Shown: positions 35,657 through 49,015 of the stretch, one piece after another | Numbering within the stretch: position 1 is the stretch's first letter | Layout: each line of letters begins with the position of its first letter | Source of the DNA: Octopus vulgaris | Lineage: Eukaryota | DNA: 64,000 nt | Reading direction: 5' to 3' | Assembly: GCA_951406725.2 (NCBI GenBank) | Contig: OX597823.1 | Span: 102,734,001 to 102,798,000, forward strand | Notes under the pieces: model-generated | What the model was told of the DNA's origin: nothing | Seen by the model: the letters and a program-made list of their open reading frames with translations, nothing else | Databases searched by the model: none | Translations under genes and position numbers: made by a program

Positions 35657-35963
35657 TTTTTGTTAGCATATTACTCTACCACTGGTATTTGAGTACTCTT
35701 TTTTTCCACCTTGCTTCACATTTATGTGTTTACTCCGGTATATATATATATATATATATACACACGCCGGGTGAAATGCTTAGCAGTATTTCGTCTGTCG
35801 TTATGTTCTGAATTCAAATTCCACCGAGGTCGACTTTGCCTTTCATCCTTTCAGGGTCGATAAATAAAGTACCAGTTTCACACTGGGATCGATGTAATCG
35901 ACTTAATCCCTTTGTCTGTCCTAGTTTGTCCCCTCTATGTTTAGCCCCTTGTGGGCAATAAAG

Positions 35964-36004
<41 letters not shown>

Positions 36005-36727
36005 GTTTTACTGGTTTAATTTGTATTTATATAAGATCAGTAAATGTTGTTCATGGATTTAGTTGTATTATCATGTCAATACAGAAACTACTTATTCCCA
36101 ACGTGTTGCTAGATGCAAGACAATGCAATCAATAAATACAAAGTGTACATTCCAGGTAACTCAACACTGATAAATTTAGGATTAAAGAATCAAGCTTCTT
36201 TTATTTAATTCAATAGACTTTAGTTGAGTTGAAAGGCTTTGTAGCATGCCAAGTTTGGTTTCAAAATCAAATTCGATGACTGGCGTCCGTGCTAGCAGAG
36301 TGCAAAGAGCACCATACGAGTGTGATCATTGACAGAACGGCTAACCGGCTTCAGTGCCAGTGGCACTTAAAAGGCACCATTCGAGCATAATCATTACCAG
36401 CATCAAGATTGAAGCCTGGTGCAGCCATCTGGTTCACCAGCCCTCAGTCATTCGTCCAACCCATGCTAGCATGGAAAGCGGACGTTAAACAATGATGATG
36501 ATGAACAAATATAGATTCCTCTAAGCATATGATCAGTTTCCCTGGAGAACCTCATTAATTATCTTGCTATGGCATGTTATTATTCATTTGAATACATCTG
36601 TGAATACATTTTGTTGTGCTGCCGCTAGAATTCATTGTTAGAGGATGGATGATATCTATGATTTAACACATCAAAGAGAGAAAAACTTTATGACTAAAAA
36701 ATAAATACATTTTTTCTTGTAAAATAC

Positions 36728-37235
36728 AGGTGACGGTTGTTGAGAGAATGCGTGGGCTAAGACTATGCGCCTTCATTGGTCAGTTAAAATTGAGACAGTG
36801 TTACATGACAACTTGCTGGGGCTGCCTGCTGGAGCCTAGCAGCAAGTATTTAAAGGGAAAAATTTGACAAAACAGTCAGTCGTCTGCTGACACTTGTTGA
36901 TGCTACGTCGAAGAGGCCAGGGAACAAAAGAAAGAAGACATGCACCCAACACCAGAGCTGAAGACACCTCTGAAAGGGGGGGCCCAGCCACATCAAAACG
37001 GTAGAGGAATAGGGGCCAAAACCAGACATGGTCCCTCCTGATGATGTCTTAAGCTAACTGGATCCTATAAAGGAGCTGTTGTGGTAGCAGACCACGAAAC
37101 ACGGTTGTAATTCCTCAGAAACAGTTGTGTTGTAAACAAGAGCAGCTTTGGTGATGACATGAGTTTTGATTACACAAGTTAAAACTTTGGTTTTCATTAT
37201 ACTATAGTTTTCTTGTTCATAATTTTTATGCACAA
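36728..37235 (+). mobile_element. LTR- or pseudo-LTR-like segment
   Basis: More GC-rich block with ATTGG (reverse CCAAT) near 36776 and TATTTAAAG near 36847, followed by two degenerate hammerhead-like motifs. No clear TSD. Confidence 0.35.
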
Positions 37236-39669
37236 TTTAGTAAGTACCCCATGGTAAGAATACTTCAGAAAAAGGGGAAAAAACAAATGAATGGAGGTGA
37301 CATAATATAAGAGAAAGAGGACTTTCTAGTCTTGGTTAGAGCTGACTTCTCTAGGGTAATAAAGATATCTCATTTCCTTTATTGCTATATGTGCTAAATG
37401 ACAAAGGACTACAATGGTGAGGTGTGATGAGATCAAGCCAATCCATGCCACTATCATAAAACAAATTTGAAATGATAATGATGAAGTCTGCAACTAAGTT
37501 TCAATACCTAATTGAAGTTCAAATGTCTAATAGTCTTGGGCAATGAGTGAATGTTATAATACACAATACTTCCCTTCTTGTGCTTAGTGAAAAGATAGCT
37601 GTTTCAAAAAGAGTGTATTGTTCAGATTGTCAGAAAAAATCGGATACATCAAAGGTAGCTACTAATCTTCTAAGATGAAGGAGCTTCCACAATGTCACAT
37701 GACCTGAAAACAGAAACCAAATGTCCTTCAAATCACATCCTCTCATCTTATAAAATAGGAAACATACACCAGCAATGACCAACCAAGCTGAATGGATGTC
37801 TATCTACCTTATCTATGCATTCCCAGGTTCCACATTGATTCCATCTACAAAATTCTATTTATAAAGTATTAGTCAACCTGATACTTTGGTAGAAAGCACT
37901 TACCCTAGGTACCATGTAATGGAAAATAAACCCAGGGCTACATAACTATGAAATAATCTTGACATTGACTAAAGATGTGTGTACATGATGTGTTGCAACA
38001 ACGTGTCCATCTACCAAATTTGCCTTGCAAAGCATTGGTCAGCTCAAGGCCTTGGCAAAAAAAGAATTCTCCAAGGTGCAATGCAAGGGGAATGAACAAG
38101 GAACCATGCAATTATGAAGCAAAATTCTTAACCACACACTCATGCCTGATGCATACATGCACTACAACACCAAATGAACACTCTTCAATATTTCTTAAGC
38201 ACCATTTTGGAAAGTAAGTTTTTGTTCCTATTTTGGCATCCTATCTAAATCATATTTCTTGCAGAATATAGAACACTGACCTGTAGTTTACAGAAAGTAA
38301 ATGAACATTCGAAAAAGACATTGGTATAAATGAGAGATTTCAAGGTTTCACTAAATTTCATCTATCACAAGAATTCTCATGATAGCAGCATCACAGAAAT
38401 TTCTTTTATATCAAAATCAAAATGTGACTTATGAACCAAGACTAGAAGAATCTAACAAAAGAATTACATGCAAGAACTACACTTAATCAAATAATCTCTC
38501 AACTTGAATAACTCTGGTAAGTTAACTTCACTGAGAAAAATGACATGTTGTAAATAATTTTGATTTATTTCATCCAGCAGCTGGAATAAACTTAGCTGTA
38601 ATAACTTCTGGGATATAATAATATATAAGCATCATCAAAGAACTGCAACCTGCTGTATAAAACATGTCACTGCTGATGTATGGTAGTGAAGAATACAAGA
38701 GGAACTTGAGGGAAAGGCTGACAACACGCAAGTCACCAAATCAAAGCATTAGTGTAAAAGTGTGTTAGTAATGTGAATAATTGAAGTATTTAAATATTTA
38801 AGCATAAATGAACAAAGCTTACAGAAACAGTGAAGAAGAGGAATGTAACGCTGTGTTTAAACAGAAACTATGAAGATTTTGCCATTTTGCTGTTTCCATT
38901 TTAATTTCACATTCTACTTGTGAAGTGTTTCAATGTGTTAGTAAAATAACAATAACAAACAATAATAAGAGTACCATACGAGTGAGATCATTGCCAGAGC
39001 AACAAGCTGGCCTCCATGCTGATGGCACATTAATAAAAACCATTTGAGCATGATCGTTACCTCCATCACCTTACTAGCACTTGTGCAGGTGGCACGTGAA
39101 AAAACATTTGAGCAAGGTCGTTGTCATTGCCAGTGCTGCTGAACTGGTTCCTGTGCAGGTGGCACATAAAAAGCACCATTTGAGCATGGCTGTTGCCAGT
39201 GCTGCCTGACTAGCCCCCGTGCCGGTGGCATGTAAAAGCACCTACAACACTCTCAGAGTGGTTGGTGTTAGGAAGGGCATCCAGCTGTAGAAACTCTGCC
39301 AGATCGGGTTGGAGCCTGGTGCAGCCATCTGGTTCGCCAGTCCTCAGTCAAATCGTCCAACCCATGCTAGCATGGAAAGCGGACGTTAAACGATGATGAT
39401 GAATGAGCAATATGATTGTAAATGGGCTGATGTAAGAAATGTGGTAAACATTTAATGTCTTGTCTCTATCATAGAAAAAAACGTAACATTATTATAGTGA
39501 TTTAAACTCTTCACTGCATTATCAGTTAATTTGGACAATAAGATATAAATTATGCCATCTCAGATATTACAACTCATAAGTGGAAAAATGGATAATATTT
39601 AGTTTTCAAGTACAATATTTGGTTGAAAAATCTGGAAAAAATTGTGCATTTTATTCATTTATAAATATA

Positions 39670-40294
39670 CTAGCAGTATCGCCCGGCGTTGCTCGGGTTT
39701 GTAAGGGAAATAACTATATAAGCATTTTTAGAGAGTTATAGCCAAAAAATAGCAAAAAATGCATTAAAAATGGAAAAAATATGATGGTAAATTTTTTTTT
39801 AAATCGTTGACTCATCGTAGACATTTTTAGAGAGTTACTTCCCTTATATAATAGCGAAAAAATGCATTAAAATGGAAAAAAAACGATGGTAAATTTTTTT
39901 TTTAATCGTAGACTCATGTAGACGCTTTCTTAGCCATTTCTGTTTTGGTGTCTTCAAGCCATGAAGTCGTTCTAAAAGAACGCTGGTCTCCTTGACAACG
40001 CATTACGACGTTGATTTCCTTACACTCCCTTCCCCACAGGTGCAGGTGTGAGCGTGGACGCCAACTCCGCCGCCATCGACACACGAAAAATTATGCATTA
40101 AAATGGAATAAAAAATTATGTTAAATTATTTTTAAAATCGTAGACGCGCGCTAATACTCAGACGGGCTCGATATGAATCACGACTATAAGCTACCCGAAT
40201 TTGGTTAAACTGCACCGCAAAATGTGGGAGTAGTTAGGAATCTAAATCGAAGGGGACAGACACTCACACAACTACACTTTTATATATATATAGA
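39670..40294 (-). mobile_element. Non-autonomous Helitron (short family, expanded internal region)
   Basis: A|CTAGCAGTATCGCCCGGCGTTGCTCGGG ... TATATAGA|T, with internal subrepeats and an extra ~160-bp segment. Confidence 0.85.
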
Positions 40295-40379
40295 TATACA
40301 TAGCGCAGTAGTGGTGAGATGTGACAGCAAAGAAAAGCATACATTCACTCTCTGCATGCAATTAGACTCGGAAAGTTCG

Positions 40380-40904
40380 TGAGGAACCCATTGACCCAAT
40401 TTGCTGACTTTTCCGATAGCACACAGGTCTCAATGAATGGTTGAATGACCAAATCCAAGCTTCTCTGCTAGTTCCTCAACAGTTACGATGAGATTTTGTT
40501 CCACCAGGGTTTTCAGGATGTCCTTGTCGAGTTCTACAGATCTTTCAGGATGAGGCTCGTCTTCTAGGCTGTAGTTTATGGCTCGGAATTTCTGGAACCA
40601 CCATTGACACTGCCTTACGCTTATTGTCCAGTCCCCATATACTGCATTAATATTTCTTGTACTTTCCGTTGCGTTGTTGTCTTTATTGAACTCATAAAGC
40701 AAAATATGCCAAATATGCTCCTTTGTTACTTCCAACATAGCTTTGAAAAAAATAGCTGTTCAAATCGAAATGCACTCTTCAAAACTTGCACTATGAATAA
40801 GGACAAGATAAAATTACTACCTGCTTTTATAGCAAGTTAATATAAGTAGTTTATCCCATTCCCCTCTGACATTTAGTTCAAGCTGTTGAAAAAACCGCAT
40901 TATT
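40380..40904 (-). mobile_element. Mariner transposon 5' fragment (HTH region)
   Basis: ORF 40430-40738 (HILLYEFNK...QWWFQKFRAINYSLEDEPHPER...TVEELAEKLG) is a mariner HTH. TIR-like ATAATGCGGTTTTT lies near 40890-40904. Confidence 0.8.
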
Positions 40905-41191
40905 ATATATATATACATACATACATACATACATATACACACACACTCTCTCTCTCACACACATGCACACATTTATATTCTGTTATTCTTTTATATGTTT
41001 CAGCCTTGAGGTTGTGGCCATGCTGGATCATGTGTGTGTGTGTGTGTGTGTGTCTATCTGTCTGTCTGTCTGTATGTATATATGTATATGTATGTGTGTG
41101 AACAATAATATTTTCAACAGATGTGTTGCAAATGTATCTGATTGTTCTCAAGCTTCAATACTGTGTGTGTGTGTGTATGTATGTATGTATA

Positions 41192-41238
<47 letters not shown>

Positions 41239-41299
41239 ATGTATGTATGTATGTATGTATGTATGTATGTATGTATGTATGTATGTATGTATGTATGAG

Positions 41300-41797
41300 A
41301 GTATGTTTACTTTATTACTAACACAAGCCACTACGGTTATTTAATGTAAAGTCTTCCTCAAATCACTCTCTCTTGCTATTTACTCTCTTCCAAGAACATT
41401 TTCACTCACTCTTATGTCTTAGCTTCCCATACATTTTACTCATGTATCTATCAGCGTCATAGACAGAAACAAATATTACATCGCCATCGTCACCGCATTC
41501 TATTGTCTACCTGTCAACACACTGAATTACTTTCACTTTATTCGTAGCACACTGTGTGTGTGCGTTTGCGTGTGCTGTAAACCAGACTAAGAAAAGCATT
41601 TGACATACACACCAGAATGTGAGTTTTCTGTAAATTTTGCTTAATTGGAGTTTAAATTTTAAAAACTGGACCTGGCATGACCCGATGCATTCTACTCTTA
41701 AAAATGCTAGGTAAATTGTAATTGAAGAAATCCTATATTGTAGATTTCTATAAGATACAAAGGGAGGCAGATAAAATCTGCCTTTTATAATAAGAGA
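41300..41797 (-). mobile_element. Helitron 5' arm (same family as 575 and 916)
   Basis: Reverse complement of about 916-1320, beginning A|TCTCTTATTATAAAAGGCAGATTTTATCTGCC at 41797. Confidence 0.8.
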
Positions 41798-43392
41798 TTA
41801 CATAACATTTTAGAACTTCTGTCAAACAATACTGAATTGAAATTCAAAATATAATAACCTATGTATTAGGAAGGGCATCTAACTGTAGAAACTCTGTCAG
41901 ATCAGATTGGAGCCTGGTGCAGCCATCTGGTTTGCCAGTCCTCAGTCAAATTGTCCAACCCATGCTAACATGGAAAGCAGACGTTAAATGATGATGATGA
42001 CGATGATAAATGCAAATTGTCTATAAATATGTCTGTCTTGTATTCAGAAACTACAAAACAAGCATCAACAAAACCATATATTATATTCTATTCTCACAGG
42101 GAAGTTATACAAATTTACTTTGAAATATAAAGTGGCATTGTTTTTTAATTCAGCTTTGTATATTTTCATAAACCCATCAAAAAACCTATCTTGTCTTACC
42201 ATTATCTCTCTGTTCTTTAGAGTGAAAAGCAACAGAGACACATGAAGTGTCACAGATGGAGAGAGAAGGCAAGAAAGTTGTAGATAAAGGGAGATATAGA
42301 TACATCCATGGAGAGAGAAATAACTAGTGATGACATCAGTTTGTTCATGTTTTCATCACTATCCCTCATGGCAGTTTTTGGTTTGTTTGTTTGTTTTTGG
42401 TTGTTGTTTTTTTTTTTTTTTTTTTTTTTTTCATGTTTTCAGAAGATCAATCAACATCACAGGAGCTAGAATAATTCCTATTGATGACAGCAATTTTTCA
42501 GGCAAAAAATTATATGTGCTGTCAAAGCTGTTCAGCTGTGAAGTCATTTAAATTCCAGGATCGCTTCATCCTATTGAAAGTGTTTTATATGATGTCATTG
42601 AAAGACAATTTCACTGTGATTCATATTTCAATGACAAAATGCAGAGATCCTAATTCATAAAGCATGTAGCTTGCAATGCATGCTACATAACAATACTTGT
42701 ATACAACGCCTTCACATTGCCAGATAATCTACTATATATGAGAGAGCTCTCTGTACGGTAGCTAGACCTGGTATAAAAAGCAGCCAAATGTCCCTGAAAT
42801 CACACTCTGGGTCAGTTCCTACTTTCTATTGATGCCTGTCTTTCATTCTTACCCTTAACCCTTCAGCATTTAAACCGGCCATATCCAGCCGAAATATTCT
42901 ACCTATGTTATGTTCAAATTAGCCAGATCTAGCCTCTCACACCTGTCCTACAATGTCATTCTTAAAATATACAATCACATTATCAAACTCTCAAAGTTAT
43001 GCGATAATGTATGATCAATTCAAAACAATGTGAATAAATAAGGATTAGATTTGACAGAGTTATCCAAATGCCAATCGGTTAACTAACTCACCAGCCAGAT
43101 TCAACATCATCTACCTTCATCTCCTATTTACTTATAACCACCTCTGTTTCTACCCATCATACACTCTTTCCTCCACACATTCTATTACAATCCTTATCCA
43201 CCCTTCCTTATCCCTATGACACCAAGTTCTCTTCTATTCATTTTGGACATGTTACCTCGATAGTGTGCTCCCGACTACTCATTTTCTTATCTTTAACCTC
43301 ATACCCTCACCCACTCATATAAGTTTCCTACTCAACCCACCCCACTATCTACCTAATCACTCTCTCTCTCTCTCTGTCACTAACTCCTAACA

Positions 43393-43433
<41 letters not shown>

Positions 43434-46275
43434 TCCCTCACTTTCCTTTCTATTACTCCTTCCCTACCACTGTTTTTGTTAGTCCCTCCACTAACATGAC
43501 CCTCACACACAGCAATAACCCACTCAAAATGCTTTAACTTCCTCAATATCTCACTGCATCCTTTCTCCTATTCTCCTTTTTCATGCAAGTTACAAACCAA
43601 CCTCATAAACACCCAGTACCCTCTGTAAAATGCATTAGCATTAGAAAGACATCCAGCTGCAGAAACTGAAATATTAGAGCAAGTCTGGCAAAAGAGGCTG
43701 ACAAAAAACATACCAGTCTTAAACAAAATAAGTACTGGAAGTCGATTTCTTTCACTATATCCCTCAAAGCAGTGCCTCAGCATGGCCACAGTCCAATGAC
43801 TGAAACAAGTAAAAGATATTTAAAACAAAACGATATAGATATATCAGTAAAGCAAAAAAATAAAACATCCAAAATTTATCTTTTGATTCTCCACCATTTA
43901 CAGATACAATACTTCAATGTATGAATGAAGTATTAACATATATTGGCTTCAAATTTTGGTGCAAGGCCACAAATTTCGAGGGAGAGGGTAAGTCAATTAC
44001 ACTGACCCTAGTACTCAACCGATACTTATTTTATCAACCCAAAAGGATGAAAGGCAAAATCAACCTCTGCAGAATTTGGACTCAGAACATAAAGATGGAC
44101 AAAATGCCACTAAGCATTTTCCCCAGTGTGTTGTGAATCTGCCAGCTCACTGCCTTTTCTACTCTAGGCACAAGACCCGAAATTTTGGAGGAAGGGGCCA
44201 GTCGATTAGATCAACTCCAGTACGCAACTGGTACTTAATTTATCGACCCCAAAAGGATGAAAGGCAAAGTCAACCTCAGCGGAATTTGAACTCAGAATGT
44301 AAAGACAAACGAAATACCGCTAAGCATTTCACCCGGTGTGCTAACGTTTCTGCCAGCTCCTCACTGCCTTGAAGTGTTACAGATATTGACAGTAAAATCA
44401 ATGGAGTGGGATTACCAAGAACGAGGGAACATCAATGTGGTATCTGAACCAGCTAGAAACAGTAGCCAAATCTGCATCAAATTACAACATATCCATTGTA
44501 GCTAGAACTGATAGAAATAACAGCCGACTTTCCCATAGCACTTTTATTACAATATTTATGTTGAAATACACTGCCTTTGTTTAAATTTATTCTGAAAATA
44601 AAGAAGAATTTAGTAAAATAATTTTGTTGTTATTAAAATGGTGCTTTGAACTTAAATTTACATGAAATTTTGATGGAAAATTTAAATTTTGATCACTGTG
44701 AAATAAGAAACCTCTTTATGACAGCTACCCTTGTTAGATATAGTGACCAATTTGCTTCAAATCGCACATGATTGTGTTACATATGTATAATCCACCAAGA
44801 GACACTGCTACATGATAGTTAGACCTGATAGAAAAAGTAGAAATATTTCCTAAAAATCACATCTTGCACCACCACCATCACCATCATCATCGCTTAACAT
44901 CTGTTTTCCATACTGGCATGGGTTGGACGGTTTGATTGAGGTCTGAAAAGCCAACAGCTGCACCAGGCTCCACTCTGATCTACAGCTGGATGCCCTTTCT
45001 AACACCAACTACTCTGAGAGTGTAGTGGATGCTTTTTACGTGCCACCGGCACAGGAGCCAGCCAGGTAGGCTTGGCATCAAGCATATATGTATCTGCCAA
45101 CAAGAGAGACAGTGTGGTAACTTGATCACCAAGAAATGGTAGCTAAATCACCCTCCAATCACTGTCATACATATGGAGCCAAATTTCCTTCAAACCACAT
45201 CCTGCTTTGTTATATGTGTCCAACCCATGCCAGCATGGACAGTGGACATTAAATGATGATGGTGTATGAACCAGTGAGGAAGACTACTAAATGGTAATTA
45301 AGCTTGAAGGAAACACAGCGAAATCTCCATGGGAAATATCTTAATTTAAATGATATAGACCTATTAGCACTTACAGAGCAATGCAATAGAAGATAATGCT
45401 AACTTATAGCACACAAAATCATAACTCTTGTGATATCTGCCTCACTTGAGCAACAGCCTTTGTAGCTTCTCAGATATTTAATGTGCATCATTAAGATACA
45501 AGGCTCGTTTATTTGGATCTGAGAGCTAAGTAATATGAATGAGCATTAAGAGATAATACTAAAGTACTGCAATGATAATAACAATGCATTTAACAATGTT
45601 TTTATTGATATTCTGCAAACAAAACTGATAATATGTAATTATGATTTTTATTTACATTCTCAACTGGTCAGTGTGGATATGACAAACTCTATCAACCTTT
45701 ATGACTAGTAATACAACATAAGGCTTCAATCTCAGCATCAAAAGAATAACGCACACAGAAAAGATCAATGTTACAGAGACACCTGCATGCACAGGTACAC
45801 ATACATGCATGAGCACACACTCAAATTCACTTATATGCTTAGGTGGATGAATATGTTTGGTGTACAGACATGTTAGCAAAACGAGTATATGAACAGGCAG
45901 GTGAAAACAGAGATGCACCAAATAGACATGCGGATATATAAAAATCTCCTTGCAACACATATATCCTCATACACTCACATAACTCACATACACATGCAAA
46001 TACACATCACATACACACATGCATATATTCATAAATATGCACACATATCCACAGACTAACATATATAGTTATCCTCATTTTGTGAAGGGTAGGAGGGGAT
46101 AGACAATAAATATACATAGAAGGGGAGGAAATACTACGATATAATAGGGAATGAAATGATAAAGTTGAAATATGGTGAAAAACAGTAAAATACAATACAT
46201 CACAATAGAATGTAATGTAAGTACAGTAAAGTGAAATAGTGCATCAAGTACAATAAACAGAATAATAATATATCA

Positions 46276-46652
46276 TCTCTCTATATATAAACGGCAAAAT
46301 GTCTCTCTGTGTGTGTGTGTGTGTATCCTTTATACAAATCCACAATTTTTCAGTTAGAAGGCTCGCACTTTCTATGGTCATTCAAAACCGTCCAAGGGTG
46401 GTCGTGCACATCTTTACATTTCCCCAGTCACCCAACAAAGCCATTAAAAAATCAATAGAAGTGACATTTTTGTGAATTTTTCTATCCAAAACCCAATCAA
46501 AATGCCTGAAACTTGATATGCCAATTGAATGCCAGCTAGCTGTATGTGATTGGTCAGAGATTTGGACAGTACTCACATGTATGTGCGCACGCACGCAGCT
46601 GTATATGCATGCACTAGCAATATGACCCGGTGTTGCCGGGTCATAGTGCTAG
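46276..46652 (+). mobile_element. Non-autonomous Helitron (second family)
   Basis: A|TCTCTCTATATATAAAC start, perfect 10-bp hairpin TATGACCCGG-TGTTG-CCGGGTCATA, then GTGCTAG|T. Confidence 0.85.
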
Positions 46653-46929
46653 TATATAATAAACATGATCAAGAAAATGGGTAAAGTTCCCAATGTGAAG
46701 GAGCTAGTTCATAGATGCACTTGCTCAGTAGTTAGCATGGTTGTGCATTGTGTGACAGTGGATATGGATTAGTTACACAAGTGCTTTCTTTACATGTTTT
46801 TTTTTTAAACCCTTTAGCGTTCACATTATTCTGTCAAAGGCAATGCTCATTTATTCATATGCTTTGAATTAATCTTACATTATCTTATAGCTTGGAGATT
46901 TTGAGGGGGTAACTATTAATTTTTAGAAC

Positions 46930-48060
46930 TAGAGAAGAAATTTCAGGTGTAGAAGTAAAGTCTAGAAACAAAGGACTTTAGATTTAATTTGGCAAGACCC
47001 AAAGTCTTAATAAGTAGGAAAGAGGACAAATCCCTTGAGGTAGATGGCCCTGCTTGATATGTAGAAAAGGCATAGGTAGAAACTCCATAAGATGTATCTG
47101 TTGCAAGCTATGGACACATAAAAGGTGCAGCAATATCAGAGAAAGATTAACAGGGAAAATAGTGTTTGTGTGTGGCAGGTTCACAGGTACAATAAACACT
47201 AGAAATATACAGAAAATGGACTTCATCAAATGCCAGTGGGAAAAAACTAGAAGTAGTTGATAGCTTCCATTATCTAGGTGGCCAAGTCAGCAGCAGACGT
47301 GAATGCTCTGAGAGTGTAGTTGCTAGAATAAGAATAGGCTGAGCAAAGTTCAGAGAGTTCCTACCTCTGCTAGTAACTAAGGGCCTCCCTCTCAGAGTGA
47401 AAAGCAGATCGTATGATGGCTGTGTGCGTATGACAGCCAAGGATGTGAGTAGGCTTGAAAGAAATGAAGCTAGGATTCTTTGCTGGATATGCAATGTCAG
47501 TGTGCATGTACATCAAAGTGTAAGCATCTTGAGAGAAAAGTTGGGCATAAGAGGCATCAGATGTGGTATGCAAGAGAGATGACTGTGTTGGTATGGTCAT
47601 GCAATGCATATGGATGAAGACAGTTTTGTACAGAAGTGCCAATCTCTAACTGTGGAGGGAACCTGTGGAAGAGGCAGACCCAGGAAGACATGGGATGAGA
47701 TGGTGAAGCATAGTCTTTGAACATTGGGCCTCATAGAAGTGATGACAATTGACCAAGAACTCTGGCAATATGTTGTGTGTGAGAAGACTCATCTGGCCAA
47801 GTGAAATCATAGTCACGGCTGATGTTGGTGCTATGTAACTGGCATCCATGCCAGTAGCACATAAAAGCACCCATGCAGATGGCATGTTAGATGCGCCAGT
47901 TACACTCTTGGAGTGGTTGGCATTAGGAAGGGCATCCAGCCATAGAAACCATGTCAAACCAGACTGGAACTTGTTGCAGCTCTCCAGCTTACCAGTTCCA
48001 GTCAAATTGTCTAACCCATGCCAGCATGGAAAGCAGACACTAGATGATGATGATGATTAT
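46930..48060 (+). mobile_element. Decayed RTE LINE 3' portion inserted in a TTAA MITE
   Basis: WPCLICRKGIGRNSIRCICCKLWTHKRCS, EVVDSFHYLG, RLERNEARILCWICNV and GRGRPRKTWDEMV, followed by the family C tail with (ATG)n. Confidence 0.8.
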
Positions 48061-48299
48061 GATATTGTTGGGTTGGTGTAAGGGGGCCAGATTTGGCCAA
48101 TTTGAACATAAACCAGGCAGGATATTTTGACTGGATATGGCCTATTTAAATACCAAAAGGGTTAAATTTGATGATGCAGATACTTGTGTGTATGAGAAAG
48201 AGAGATGAATGGTGGATCTGATTGTGTGTAGGAGGAGGTTTGCTTGAGTTACAGTAGCAGTGTCATTGATGAACAATCGAGATATCAATTTTGAGCATT

Positions 48300-48610
48300 A
48301 CTCATCCCAGAGGTACCTGAAGTTCACTTGCGAGGGTAGGATAAGGGTTTATTTTTGTAAGGGCTGGTTTCCCGGTTTCCTTGGAGTATAGGTTCCCCAC
48401 CTGGACAGGACGCCAGTCTGTCATAGGTGAGCTGCAAGATGCAGGAGTAAAGGGTGAGAGAAAGTTGTGGTGAAAGTTCGCCATTACCTTCTGCCGGAGT
48501 TGCATGGAGCCTAGGTGTTTCGCTCATAAACACACACATCGTCCGGTCTGAGATTCGAACCCACGATCCCTCGACCGCTGCTCTAACCACTAGGCCATGT
48601 GCCTCCACAA
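48300..48610 (-). mobile_element. tRNA-derived SINE (family D)
   Basis: Minus strand TGGCCTAGTGGTTAGAGC (A box) and GGTTCGAATC (B box). A related head occurs at 50375-50690(+) with a different tail. Confidence 0.75.
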
Positions 48611-48659
48611 AGATAAGGGTTAGAAGTAATGGTAGGCCTTGTAAGTCTTTTACAGGTAT

Positions 48660-49015
48660 CTTTCTTTTATCATTCCCTTGTTTCAGTCATTTGACTGCTG
48701 CCATGCTGGGGCACTGCCTTGAATAGATTTTAAGTGAACAAATCAATGCCAGGACATTTTTTTTTAAAGCCTGGTACTTATCATTTGCTGAACCACTAAG
48801 TTATGGGTACATAAACCCACTAACACTGGTTGTCAAGCAATGGTGGGAGACAAACACAGACACAGGCTTCTTTCCATGTCTACCAACTCCACTCACAAGG
48901 CTTTGGTCAGCCTGAGGCTATAGTAGAAGACACTCGCCCAAGGTGCCACACAGTGGGACTGAACCTGGAACCATGTGGTTAGGAAGAAAGCTTCTTACCA
49001 CACAGCCACACCTGT
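48660..49015 (-). mobile_element. SINE family A, near full length
   Basis: Head GTGGCTGTGTGGTAAG...GGTTCAGTCCC through tail CCAGCATGGC...ACTGAAACAAG. Confidence 0.8.

Noticed and set aside
40886-41344. ORFs rich in YI/CV/HT dipeptides (also near 2.7, 32.7, 49.8 and 54.4 kb)
   Set aside because: They are translations of microsatellites and SINEs, not genes.
48540-48610. tRNA genes at SINE heads (also 28594 and 50375)
   Set aside because: The cloverleaves are incomplete and run directly into repeat bodies; they are tRNA-derived SINE heads.
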